A program made the translations under genes and the position numbers. Shown in pieces: positions 20,783 through 30,880 of a stretch of 64,000 bases of DNA. The first letter of the stretch is position 1. Each line of letters starts with the position of its first letter. The stretch is from an uncultured Acidobacteriota bacterium. GTDB lineage: Bacteria > Acidobacteriota > Thermoanaerobaculia > Multivoradales > UBA5704. Location: the NCBI GenBank assembly GCA_963752235.1, contig CAVVXL010000010.1, positions 257,844 to 321,843 on the forward strand, given 5' to 3'. The notes below the pieces were generated by a model. That model did no database searches and was not told where the DNA came from. It saw only the letters and a list, made by a program, of their open reading frames with translations.

Positions 20783-21724
20783 TTATGAGCAGCGGACAGG
20801 GGAAACCGGTGACGGCTCGAGCGGCACCTGCACGGTCTCCACCCGCACCGCGCCCGGCGAGGCGGGGGCGCGGCCGTCGCGGTAGCGGCGCGAGTGGACG
20901 CGGGTGAACTCGGCGCCGACCAGAAAGATGAGCGAGGAGTAGTAGACCCAGAGCAGGAGGAGCACGAGAGAGCCGGCGGCGCCGTAGGTGGTGGTGGCTC
21001 CGGTGCGCTGGAGGTAGAAGCCGATGGCGTATTTGCCGATCGAGAACAGGAACGAGGTGATCGCCGAGCCCCAGGCCACGTCGCGCCAGCCGATCTGGAC
21101 GTCCGGCAGCAGCCGGTAGACCAGGGCGAGCAGCAGCGCCATCAGCAGCCAGGAGAGGACGACGTCCGCGCCGCCGATCAGCTTCGAGAGGCCGATCTGG
21201 AAGTTTCCCTCGAGCACGTGCTGGAGCGCGGCGAGCCCGGCGCTGGCGGCGAGCGAGATCAGGAGCAGGGCGCCGGCGCCGACGATCACCAGGAAACAGA
21301 AGAGCCGCTTCTTGAACAGCGTCTTGAGGAAGAAGCCGGGCTTCGGGGTGACCTCCCAGACGGTGTTCAGCGTGTCCTGCAGCTGGATCAGGATGCCGGT
21401 GGCGCTGACCAGGATGGTCACCGTGCCGATCCAGGCGGCGATGCGGCCGGTCCGCGGCCGGGCGCTGGCGGCGACCAGCTGCTGCACCGCCCCCGCCGTA
21501 TCGGCGCCGATGAAGCGGCTGAGCTCCCGCTGCACCTCGCCGCGCGCGGCCTCGGGGCCGAACACCCAGCCGGCGGCGGCGATCACCAGGATCAGCAGCG
21601 GCGCGAGCGAGAACAGCGACAGGTAGGCGAGCGCCGCGCTGTGCGTGGTCGCGTTGTGCTTGCTCCAGTTGGCGAAAGTCTCCTGGACGTCGCTCCAGAG
21701 TCGCTGCGGTTTCGGCCGATGCAT
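20783..21724 (-). CDS. YihY/BrkB (virulence factor BrkB) family inner membrane protein
   Basis: Start at MHRPKPQRLW. Motif SAALAYLSLFSLAPLLI plus six predicted TM segments, typical of the YihY family. Confidence 0.75.
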   Translation of the reverse strand: MHRPKPQRLWSDVQETFANWSKHNATTHSAALAYLSLFSLAPLLILVIAAAGWVFGPEAARGEVQRELSRFIGADTAGAVQQLVAASARPRTGRIAAWIGTVTILVSATGILIQLQDTLNTVWEVTPKPGFFLKTLFKKRLFCFLVIVGAGALLLISLAASAGLAALQHVLEGNFQIGLSKLIGGADVVLSWLLMALLLALVYRLLPDVQIGWRDVAWGSAITSFLFSIGKYAIGFYLQRTGATTTYGAAGSLVLLLLWVYYSSLIFLVGAEFTRVHSRRYRDGRAPASPGAVRVETVQVPLEPSPVSPVRCS

Positions 21725-21817
21725 AGGGAACCTCTCCCCTCGCACCTGCGAGAACGGAGACGGACCCAAACTGTTTGCAAGAGGCTTGCCGCCCGGCCTG
21801 GGGTGGCGGCGGCGGGC

Positions 21818-22795
21818 TCAGTCGTCCAGCAATCCCTTCGCCTGCATCCAGTCGCGGTTGAGCTTGGAGAGGTAGCGGTCGCCGGCGTCGGGGAAGAGGG
21901 TGACGACCAAGGCGTCGGCGGCGGAACGCTGCGCCACCTGGCGGGCGCCGGCGGCGGCGGCGCCTCCCGAAGAGCCGGTGAAGATCGACTCCTTGCGGGC
22001 GAGCTCCATCGTCGCGGCGTAGGCGCTCTTGTCGTCGACGGTGACGATCTCGTCGATGTAGTCCCACCAGACGGTCGAGGGCATGAAGTCCTCGCCGATG
22101 CCGTCGATCAGGTACTGGTGGATCTGCTCCGCGGGAGGGAGAGCCCGGTGCTGGTGGTAGTAGGCGTAGATGCTCCCCACCGTGTCGATGCCGACGACGT
22201 GGACCGCCGGGTTCTGCTCCTTCAGATACTTGGCGGCGCCGCTGATCGTGCCGCCGGTGCCGATGCCGGCCACCCAGTGGGTGACCTTGCCGTCGGTCTG
22301 GCGCCAGATCTCGGGGCCGGTCGACCGGTAATGAGCTTCCGGGTTGGCCTGGTTGTAATACTGATACGGCAGGAAGGCCCCCTCCTCGTCGCGGATGCGC
22401 TCGGCCACCTTGTAGTAGGAGCGGGGATCGTCCGCCTCGACGTTGGTCGGGCAGGTGATCACCGTCGCTCCCATCGCCTCGAGCATCGCCACCTTCTCGC
22501 GGGGGATCTTCTCGGCCGCCGTGCAGATCAGCCGATAACCGCGCAGGTTGGCGGCCATGGCGAGCCCGACGCCGGTGTTGCCGGAGGTGGGCTCGACGAT
22601 CGTGCCGCCCGGCTTCAGCAGCCCCGCCTTCTCGCCGGCCTCGATCATGGCGATGCCGATCCGGTCCTTGACGCTGGAGCCGGGGTTGAACGACTCGACC
22701 TTGGCGGCCAGGGTCGCGGGCCCGGAAAAGAACCGCCCGAGCTTGACGAGCGGGGTATTCCCCAAAGTTTCCAGAATGTTCTCGTAAATTTCCAT
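21818..22795 (-). CDS. cysK: cysteine synthase family (PLP-dependent, CysK/CysM-like)
   Basis: 325 aa. PLP lysine motif NPGSSVKDR, glycine-rich TSGNTG, GIGTGGT loop. Confidence 0.85.
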   Translation of the reverse strand: MEIYENILETLGNTPLVKLGRFFSGPATLAAKVESFNPGSSVKDRIGIAMIEAGEKAGLLKPGGTIVEPTSGNTGVGLAMAANLRGYRLICTAAEKIPREKVAMLEAMGATVITCPTNVEADDPRSYYKVAERIRDEEGAFLPYQYYNQANPEAHYRSTGPEIWRQTDGKVTHWVAGIGTGGTISGAAKYLKEQNPAVHVVGIDTVGSIYAYYHQHRALPPAEQIHQYLIDGIGEDFMPSTVWWDYIDEIVTVDDKSAYAATMELARKESIFTGSSGGAAAAGARQVAQRSAADALVVTLFPDAGDRYLSKLNRDWMQAKGLLDD

Positions 22796-22852
22796 GAGAT
22801 CTCCGCTGAGGCGCGGGATGCTAGCACAGCCCGTGATCCACGCCGTCGGCGG

Positions 22853-23929
22853 CTACCCTTCCCAATCCCAGAAGTAGTCCTTGTTGGTGAGCGGCGACTC
22901 CTCGGCCGTGGCTTCCTCGTCGGTGAGCCGGGCCTCCGCCTCCTCGGGAGGGATCTCGCCGCGGATCACCGCCAGCTGCTCCTCGAGGTCCTGGGTCTCG
23001 CGTTCCCAGTAGTCGGGGGTGCCGAAGTGGGGCCACGCCGCGGGGAAGGCAGGGTCGTGCCAGCGGCGGGCGAGCCAGGCGGCGTAGTGGATGATCCGCA
23101 GGGCGCGCAGCGGCTCGATCAGCGCCAGGGTGGCGCGGTCGAAATCCCGGAACTGGATGTAGCCCTCGAGGAAGCGCTCGCGCAATCCCAGGGTGTAGGC
23201 GTCGCGCCCCGGCAGGGCCAGCCAGAGGTCCTGCACGGCCGGGCCCACCACCATGTCGTCGAAGTCGAGCACGTGGAGGAGGCCGTCGCGGAAGAGGATG
23301 TTGCCGAGGTGGAGGTCGCCGTGGAGCCGGTGGACGGGGACTCCGGCCAGCCGCCGGTCGGCGAGGGCGGCGATGGCGAGCGCCGTGTCCGCGTAGCGCT
23401 CGCGCAAGTGGGGCGGCACCACCTCGTGCTCCTCCAGCCAGTCGACGTTCTGCCGCACGTAGGTGTCGGCGTCGAGCCGCAGCCGGTGCTCCGCGTCGTG
23501 CGCCGCGCCGACGTTGTGCATCCGCCCCACCAGCATGCCGAGCCGGCGGGCCGCCGCCTCGTCGAGCTCGTCGGGAGCGCGCCCGCCGCGGCGGTCGGAG
23601 AGCGAGTAGAAGATGTTGTCGACCCGCCGCAGCGTGCCGCCGCCGGGGAACGGCCGCACCGGGCAGACCGGGATCTCCGCGCTCGCGAGCTCGGCGAGGA
23701 ACTGGTGCTCCTCGAGGATCTGCTCCTCGCTCCAGCGTCCCGGGCGATAGAACTTCGCCACCACGCGGGAGCGGTCCGCCAGCTCCACCTCGTAGACCCG
23801 GTTCTCGAACGAGTTGAGCGGATAGCAGACGGAGTTGCACTCGAGCCCCCCGGCCTCGACGGCCGTGAGCACCTTCTCGGGAGTAAGGGAGAGGAAGAGG
23901 TCGGTTCCGGTCTCGGCTGGGCCCTGCAT
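22853..23929 (-). CDS. srkA: stress-response Ser/Thr kinase RdoA/SrkA (YihE) family
   Basis: Start at MQGPAETG. Kinase-like HGDLHLGNILF and DFDD motifs, aminoglycoside-phosphotransferase fold family. Confidence 0.8.
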   Translation of the reverse strand: MQGPAETGTDLFLSLTPEKVLTAVEAGGLECNSVCYPLNSFENRVYEVELADRSRVVAKFYRPGRWSEEQILEEHQFLAELASAEIPVCPVRPFPGGGTLRRVDNIFYSLSDRRGGRAPDELDEAAARRLGMLVGRMHNVGAAHDAEHRLRLDADTYVRQNVDWLEEHEVVPPHLRERYADTALAIAALADRRLAGVPVHRLHGDLHLGNILFRDGLLHVLDFDDMVVGPAVQDLWLALPGRDAYTLGLRERFLEGYIQFRDFDRATLALIEPLRALRIIHYAAWLARRWHDPAFPAAWPHFGTPDYWERETQDLEEQLAVIRGEIPPEEAEARLTDEEATAEESPLTNKDYFWDWEG

Positions 23930-24015
23930 GGACTCAATGTAGCAAAGAACCCGGAACGGCCCTATTCGAGCCGTTCCGGGAGGCACGCCACAGCGCGGGC
24001 GCTAGGGCGCTGGCG

Positions 24016-25965
24016 TCACGGTGCCTTGGTGACGATCAGCGAGAAGCGGAAGTTGAAGTTGTTGACCTGATTGAACGTCACGCCGTCGGTCGAGAGGTAG
24101 GACAGACCGTTGATCGGCACGTCGTTGGTGGCGTTGCCGCCATCGAGCCCGATCGACGGCGGCAGCCCCGAGATCCCCGGGAAGGGAGTGGTCGTGGGCA
24201 CCCGCAGGACCATGAAGAGGTTCTTGATCTGGCCGCTGGCGATCTTCTGCTTCACCAGGCGCCCCAGCAGATCGGGGAACGGGAAGTAGAACGGCGCGAA
24301 GTCGTTGTCCTGGCCGACGAAGTTGGTCACCTTGGCCAGCGGGTGGGCGAGGTCGAGCGTCGCCGTGGTGCCGCTGACCGTGCCGGTGACGAGGTCCGCC
24401 TCGGCGAAGATGGGGACGACGGACGCGTCGACGACGAAGGTGTCGTACGCCGCCTCCTGGATGTAGAGGTTGCCGCCGGGGTTGATCGCCGAGATCTGGC
24501 TCGCCGGCACCCGCACCGCGTAGTAGGTCCCCGGCGCGGCGCCCGTGAAGCCGATGAAGTCCCGGCTGCCGAAGTTGCTGATGTTGATCTGGTTGTTGGT
24601 GACGAAGTCGATATGGGATTGGGCGAAGCCCGGGATGCCGGCCACCGGGAGCCCGAAGCCGGGCTGGATCTCGATCGCCGATTCGAGCGGGGCCGGGCCG
24701 CTCCAGAACTCCTCGTTGAAGTCCTGCTGGCCGAAGATGTCGCCGATCTGCGCGTTGAGGCTGACCGAGCTGGACGGCACCGGCAGGCCGTCGACCGCCT
24801 CGATCCCCACCGTGTAGAGGCCGAGCGGCACCGGCATCGTGTAGTTGCCGTTCAGGATGTCGTAGGCCGGGCTGACCAGGAAGATCTCGCCGGTCGTGGG
24901 ATCGAACGAAACCTGGCTGGTGCCGCTGAAGGCGGAGGCGACCTCCTCACCGTTGAGCAGATTGATCGCCGAGACGCTGGCCCCCGCGATCGGCTCGTTG
25001 AGCACGCCGTGGGTGACCGAGCCCTTGATCGTGCCGTAGACGAGGTTGAACGGGATATCTCCCGGCTGGAGCGCCGCCGGACCGCTGGCCGCCGAGCCTT
25101 CCGGGTAGTAGAAGGAAGCGTAGGCGATGTCGTCGCTGTCGAGCGTGCGCTGCGCCAGCTCCGAGGCCGGATCGGTGGTATCGATGAACGGGAACATCGT
25201 GGCCGCGGTGCCGTCGGTCGGGCTCTTCTGATTGTTGAGCACGTGCGACAGGCCAAACGAGTGGCCGAATTCATGGGTGGCGGTCGCCTGGAGGTCGACC
25301 GACAGGGGGTTGGTGTCGACGTCGGCGTCGTTGACCGTGAAGCGGAACTCCCCGGTGTTGAACTCGACGTCGACGTCGAGGATCGTCCCCGCCTTGTAGA
25401 AGCCGGCCGGGAAGATGGTGTGGCCGCTCGCGTTGACCTTGCAGGTCGTGATGGCGCTCGAGACGTCCGAGACGCCGTCGCCGTCGATGTCGTCGCCGTC
25501 GTTGAGCTGAGTGTCGGCGATCAGCGTGATCGACGGGGTGACGGCGATGAAGCCGAAGCCCGGCGGCACGTTGAAGGTCAGCTCGTTGATCATGTCGAAG
25601 CCCGAGGTGCCGGGGTTGTTGATCGTCCCCCCGATCTTCTCCTCGATGTACGAGGTGGGGATCTTGTTCCAGGTGTCGAAAGACTTCTGGAGCGTCGTCC
25701 GGGCCGCCGCCAGCGAGACCACCGGGCCGCTGCCGAGCGGGTTGTGGATCGGGTCCTGGTTCCTGTTGAGCTGGAACTGGACCGGGATGCAGCGCGGGTC
25801 GTGGAAGATCCGGACCAGCCTGGCGTTGATCTGGCCCGGGATGGGCGAGGGGACGTTGCCGGTGATGTCGAGGCTCTCGAGGAAGCCTCCGGCCAGTGCC
25901 GGACCGGCACCCAGGGATGCCGCGAGCAGGGCGGCCAGGGAGATCTTGGTGACGATTCCTCTCAT
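24016..25965 (-). CDS. secreted zinc metalloprotease of the metzincin clan (HExxHxxGxxH)
   Basis: Start at MRGIVTK with a signal peptide (AGGAGAAG upstream). Zinc-binding HEFGHSFGLSH motif. Long C-terminal beta-rich extension. Confidence 0.7.
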   Translation of the reverse strand: MRGIVTKISLAALLAASLGAGPALAGGFLESLDITGNVPSPIPGQINARLVRIFHDPRCIPVQFQLNRNQDPIHNPLGSGPVVSLAAARTTLQKSFDTWNKIPTSYIEEKIGGTINNPGTSGFDMINELTFNVPPGFGFIAVTPSITLIADTQLNDGDDIDGDGVSDVSSAITTCKVNASGHTIFPAGFYKAGTILDVDVEFNTGEFRFTVNDADVDTNPLSVDLQATATHEFGHSFGLSHVLNNQKSPTDGTAATMFPFIDTTDPASELAQRTLDSDDIAYASFYYPEGSAASGPAALQPGDIPFNLVYGTIKGSVTHGVLNEPIAGASVSAINLLNGEEVASAFSGTSQVSFDPTTGEIFLVSPAYDILNGNYTMPVPLGLYTVGIEAVDGLPVPSSSVSLNAQIGDIFGQQDFNEEFWSGPAPLESAIEIQPGFGLPVAGIPGFAQSHIDFVTNNQINISNFGSRDFIGFTGAAPGTYYAVRVPASQISAINPGGNLYIQEAAYDTFVVDASVVPIFAEADLVTGTVSGTTATLDLAHPLAKVTNFVGQDNDFAPFYFPFPDLLGRLVKQKIASGQIKNLFMVLRVPTTTPFPGISGLPPSIGLDGGNATNDVPINGLSYLSTDGVTFNQVNNFNFRFSLIVTKAP

Positions 25966-25999
25966 TGCGTCGCTTCTCCTGATGTTCACATCCATGGCC

Positions 26000-26569
26000 T
26001 CACCGCTGCCTCTCGAAGGGCTCGACGTCACGGATCTTCGCCCGCAGCTCGTCGAGTTGGATCGTCTTGCCGGTCGCCGGCCGGAGCGTGCCGTTGCTGC
26101 CCTGCAGCTTCAGCCCGCTCAAGCTCTGGGTGGCCACCTTCTTCCCCTGGGCGTCCTCGACCAGGGTGAACTTCCCCTGGGAGTAGCCGACGACCGAGTA
26201 GCTGCCGGCGACCAGTTGCTGAGGGGTGAGGAACAGCAGCACCTTCTCCTGCTGCAGGATCACCGGCCCGGCGGGGTAGTTCATCGCGATCGGAATGTGC
26301 CGGTTGGCGTCGACGCCGCCCGGGAGCGCGATCGTCACCGTCGAGCCCGCCTTCCCCTTGAGCACCTCCGACACCTCGATCGTCGCCAGCGTCACCAGGA
26401 TCTTGCCGGCCCACTGGCTCTGCAGGTGCGTGCAGCGTCCGGTGACGATCATCGCGGACTCCTTGATCATGTCGGCTTCCGTCCGCTCGACTGCCGTGGT
26501 CGCCCAGGCCGGTACGGCCAGGGCTACGGCGAGCAGGACCGAAGCTGTCTTCACTACGCTTCTCAGCAT
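26000..26569 (-). CDS. hypothetical secreted protein (signal peptide), co-transcribed upstream of the metzincin
   Basis: 189 aa, cleavable signal peptide (AVPAWA), good GC3, 34 nt upstream of the protease start. No recognisable family. Confidence 0.5.
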   Translation of the reverse strand: MLRSVVKTASVLLAVALAVPAWATTAVERTEADMIKESAMIVTGRCTHLQSQWAGKILVTLATIEVSEVLKGKAGSTVTIALPGGVDANRHIPIAMNYPAGPVILQQEKVLLFLTPQQLVAGSYSVVGYSQGKFTLVEDAQGKKVATQSLSGLKLQGSNGTLRPATGKTIQLDELRAKIRDVEPFERQR

Positions 26570-26754
26570 GTCCCCTCCTTCTGGGGTTGAGCTACAGTGC
26601 CGCCTGGCGGGAAGCCGGCGGAGCCTGTAGGGTGTTGGTATTGAGTGAGTGTCTCCAGATGTGGAAATGTGACATTCGCGATGGACTGCGGAGACGGTCC
26701 GCCCAGCTCCCGACGAGGAAGTCCCGCGGGGCTCCCGGGCCGAAAGGAGGATCC

Positions 26755-26970
26755 ATGCGGATCATAAATCAAAACATCATGAATCAGCTCTTTGCGACCA
26801 CCGACGAGATCCCCCTCGACCGCGAGGCGGTCCAGGTGCCGCTGGCGATGGAGGGAGAAGGAAGGGTGGCGCGGACCGCGAAGGGGAAGATCGAGATCAC
26901 CCTGCCGGACGCCGAGGACCTCGCACCGTTCCTGGCGGCGCTGCCGGCGAAGGTGCGGGAGTTGGGCTAG
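26755..26970 (+). CDS. small hypothetical protein (71 aa)
   Basis: ATG preceded by AAAGGAGG at 26743..26750. GC3 about 87% with an AT-rich first few codons. No family recognised. Confidence 0.4.
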   Translation: MRIINQNIMNQLFATTDEIPLDREAVQVPLAMEGEGRVARTAKGKIEITLPDAEDLAPFLAALPAKVRELG

Positions 26971-27119
26971 ACCGGGAACAACGCGCGGATCGCGAGCGGC
27001 ACGCCGAGAGCCGCCTCGCAAACCGCGCTGAGGTAGACGAGCGCCAGGGGATGAAGAGGTGGGGCGGCACGGCGCGCCTGGCGCTGCGCTGGAGCCCGCA
27101 TGCCGGCCGTGCCACCGGG

Positions 27120-27362
27120 CTAGGAGGCGACCTCACCCTCGCCGGAAGGCGGGTTGCCGCCCTCCTCGGGCTGCCGCTTCTTCTCCGCCTTGCGCTGCTT
27201 CTTCTCCTCCGCCTTCTTCTTCTTGGCGATGTCCTTCTGGCGCTTTTCGTGCTGATAGTTTGGTCTGGCCAACGTTGGCGTCCTCTTGGTAGGTATCGCA
27301 CGAGGGGATGCCCGGATGGAGCACCGGCCTCGTGCCGTCTGGTTCGGCGTACGGGCAAACAC
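27120..27362 (-). CDS. small Lys/Glu-rich basic protein (start uncertain; alternative TTG start at 27272 gives 50 aa)
   Basis: C-terminal 50 residues ([38 protein letters not shown]...) have GC3 about 87% and an AAGAGGA 8 nt before the TTG. The upstream part of the track ORF has poorer codon bias. Confidence 0.25.
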   Translation of the reverse strand: MFARTPNQTARGRCSIRASPRAIPTKRTPTLARPNYQHEKRQKDIAKKKKAEEKKQRKAEKKRQPEEGGNPPSGEGEVAS

Positions 27363-27488
27363 GCTAGCACAGTTTGCGCGCGACTCTCGCTGCCGCGGTG
27401 CTGTCGCGGCGTCCTTGGGTTACAATCCCCTCCTTCTGCGTCCGTTCGTTCCCTTCCAGGTTACGCAGCCCCGAGGAGCTCAATCGAC

Positions 27489-29174
<1,686 letters not shown>

Positions 29175-29476
29175 TCCCTTTTTTACCGAGCTGAAGCCGT
29201 CGCCGCCGTGGATCCCATGGCGGCGACCCTTCGCTTTCCTAATGGCGGCGTCCTGCCTCCCGGGGAGATCGTTGCGGTTCTCCAGACTGGCATTGAGGTT
29301 GCAATGAATCTATGCGTGCAACGGCGGTGAGGCGCCACGGCTTCGACAAGGCGCGCCAGGAACTCCGGAGAGCCGAAGCTTCTCGCCACATCGCAAAGAG
29401 TACTCATACTGAGAGAGAGCGGAGAGCGTCCTTCGGGCGCCTCTACAAAGGAAACCTTTCTGGAGAGGAGCTTTAT

Positions 29477-30094
29477 ATGAAGCGTCTTACCCTCACGACC
29501 GCCCTGTTGGCCACGCTGGCCGCTCCGGCCCTGTTCGCCCAGAGCAGCCTCAACACGACCGCCCCGGGCCCCTCGCAGGAGAGCAAGCCGGGCCAGACCA
29601 ACAACAACCTGCAGAACCCCGGCTCGAACATGCAGCAGCCGGCGGCCCAGAGCGGCACCTATCAGGAGCACGGCACGGTCGAAGGTACCGCTTCCGAGAG
29701 CACGACGGGCACCAACAGACTGAACAGCCAGACCGGCACCTCCACCGGGACGACCGGAACCACCGGGACCACGGGTACGATGGGCACGACCGGCACGATG
29801 AACAACAACAACACGACCGGGACCACCACCGGGACGATGAACAACGATTCGACCACCGGCTCGACCACCACGGGCACGGGCAGCTACAACGGCACCACGG
29901 GCACGGGTGGCAGCTACAACGGCTCGAGCTCGACCGGCGCCGGCACGTCCACCACGGATACGACCAACACGTCGACGACCTCCTCGAGCCGCCTGCCGCG
30001 CACCGCGAGCGAGCTGCCGACGGTCGCGATCGCCGGCCTGCTGGCCCTGGCGGCCTTCTTCGCCGTCCGCCTCTACTCGAAGCGGAATGCCTAA
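29477..30094 (+). CDS. secreted Thr/Gly/Asn-rich low-complexity protein with C-terminal LPXTA-type sorting signal (putative sortase substrate)
   Basis: Signal peptide MKRLTLTTALLATLAAPALFAQ (GGAGAGGAG upstream). About 100 residues of TGT/TTG tandem repeats. C-terminus LPRTAS-ELPT-VAIAGLLALAAFFAV-RLYSKRNA, that is motif + hydrophobic helix + basic tail. Confidence 0.6.
   Translation: MKRLTLTTALLATLAAPALFAQSSLNTTAPGPSQESKPGQTNNNLQNPGSNMQQPAAQSGTYQEHGTVEGTASESTTGTNRLNSQTGTSTGTTGTTGTTGTMGTTGTMNNNNTTGTTTGTMNNDSTTGSTTTGTGSYNGTTGTGGSYNGSSSTGAGTSTTDTTNTSTTSSSRLPRTASELPTVAIAGLLALAAFFAVRLYSKRNA
29700..30000 (+). repeat. tandem ACC-GGN-ACN (Thr-Gly-Thr) coding repeats inside the sortase-substrate gene
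   Basis: Visible nucleotide periodicity accgggaccaccggaaccaccgggaccacgggtacgatgggcacgaccggcacgatg... Confidence 0.6.
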
Positions 30095-30121
30095 AGGCAC
30101 TCCTCATCCTGTAGGATCGAG

Positions 30122-30158
30122 ATCACCTGGCACTCCGGTGCCAGGTGATTTCTGTTTA
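30122..30158 (+). terminator. intrinsic terminator after the sortase-substrate gene
   Basis: Perfect 12-bp stem ATCACCTGGCAC / GTGCCAGGTGAT with a TCCG loop, immediately followed by TTTCTGTTTAT. Confidence 0.75.
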
Positions 30159-30184
30159 TAGGTCCCTTCTTGCAACGAAAGATC

Positions 30185-30880
30185 ATGAACGGGCTCGACA
30201 CGCTTCCCGTGAAACCGGGCCGCCTGCGCTGGCTGGAGCGCGGCCTGCTGCTCGTCGCCGCGCTCTGCCTGGGTTTCTGGGTATACGTCTGGCTCGACGC
30301 CGCCTACGTCCAGCACCGCGACAACGAGATCCTGGATGCCGCGCCGGACTCGGCGCCGGCGGCCCTGCCGGCTCCCATTCCCGCCGCGCAGACCGACTCC
30401 CTCGGCAGCTTCCAGGCAGCGCCGCCGCCCGAGCCGCTCCCGGCCGCCGAGGAGGGCTCGCTGGTCGGCCGCGTCGAGATCCCCCGCCTGGGAGTGTCGG
30501 CGATCATCCTCGAGGGGGTGGAGAGCTCGACGCTACGGCGCGGCGTCGGTCACATTCCCGAGACTCCGCTCCCCGGCAGCTCCGGCAACGTCGGGCTCGC
30601 CGCCCACCGGGACAGCTTTTTCCGTGCGCTGAGAGATATTCGTAAGAATGACACGGTGAAGATCAAGACGCTGGCCGGCACGTACCGCTATCAGGTCGAA
30701 TGGACCAAGGTTGTCGAGCCGGAGCAGACCGAGGTGCTCGCCGCCGACATCACCGCGGGCCCCGAGCTCACCCTGGTCACCTGCTATCCATTCAACTATG
30801 TCGGCTCGGCCCCGCACCGCTTCATCGTCCGCGCCCGGCAGGTCGCCGATTCTCCGGCAAGCGACGCGACGATCAACTAG
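30185..30880 (+). CDS. sortase (cysteine transpeptidase; membrane-anchored, Gram-negative single-substrate type)
   Basis: Start at ATG 30185 (the track used TTG 30170). N-terminal TM anchor, catalytic His region GNVGLAAHRD, and the TLxTC active-site motif LTLVTCYPF. Confidence 0.75.
   Translation: MNGLDTLPVKPGRLRWLERGLLLVAALCLGFWVYVWLDAAYVQHRDNEILDAAPDSAPAALPAPIPAAQTDSLGSFQAAPPPEPLPAAEEGSLVGRVEIPRLGVSAIILEGVESSTLRRGVGHIPETPLPGSSGNVGLAAHRDSFFRALRDIRKNDTVKIKTLAGTYRYQVEWTKVVEPEQTEVLAADITAGPELTLVTCYPFNYVGSAPHRFIVRARQVADSPASDATIN

Noticed and set aside
14721-22067. 2448-aa single ORF
   Set aside because: The region from 14721 to 19025 is tamB proper. The rest is read-through in a frame overlapping tamA and yihY, so it is not one giant protein.
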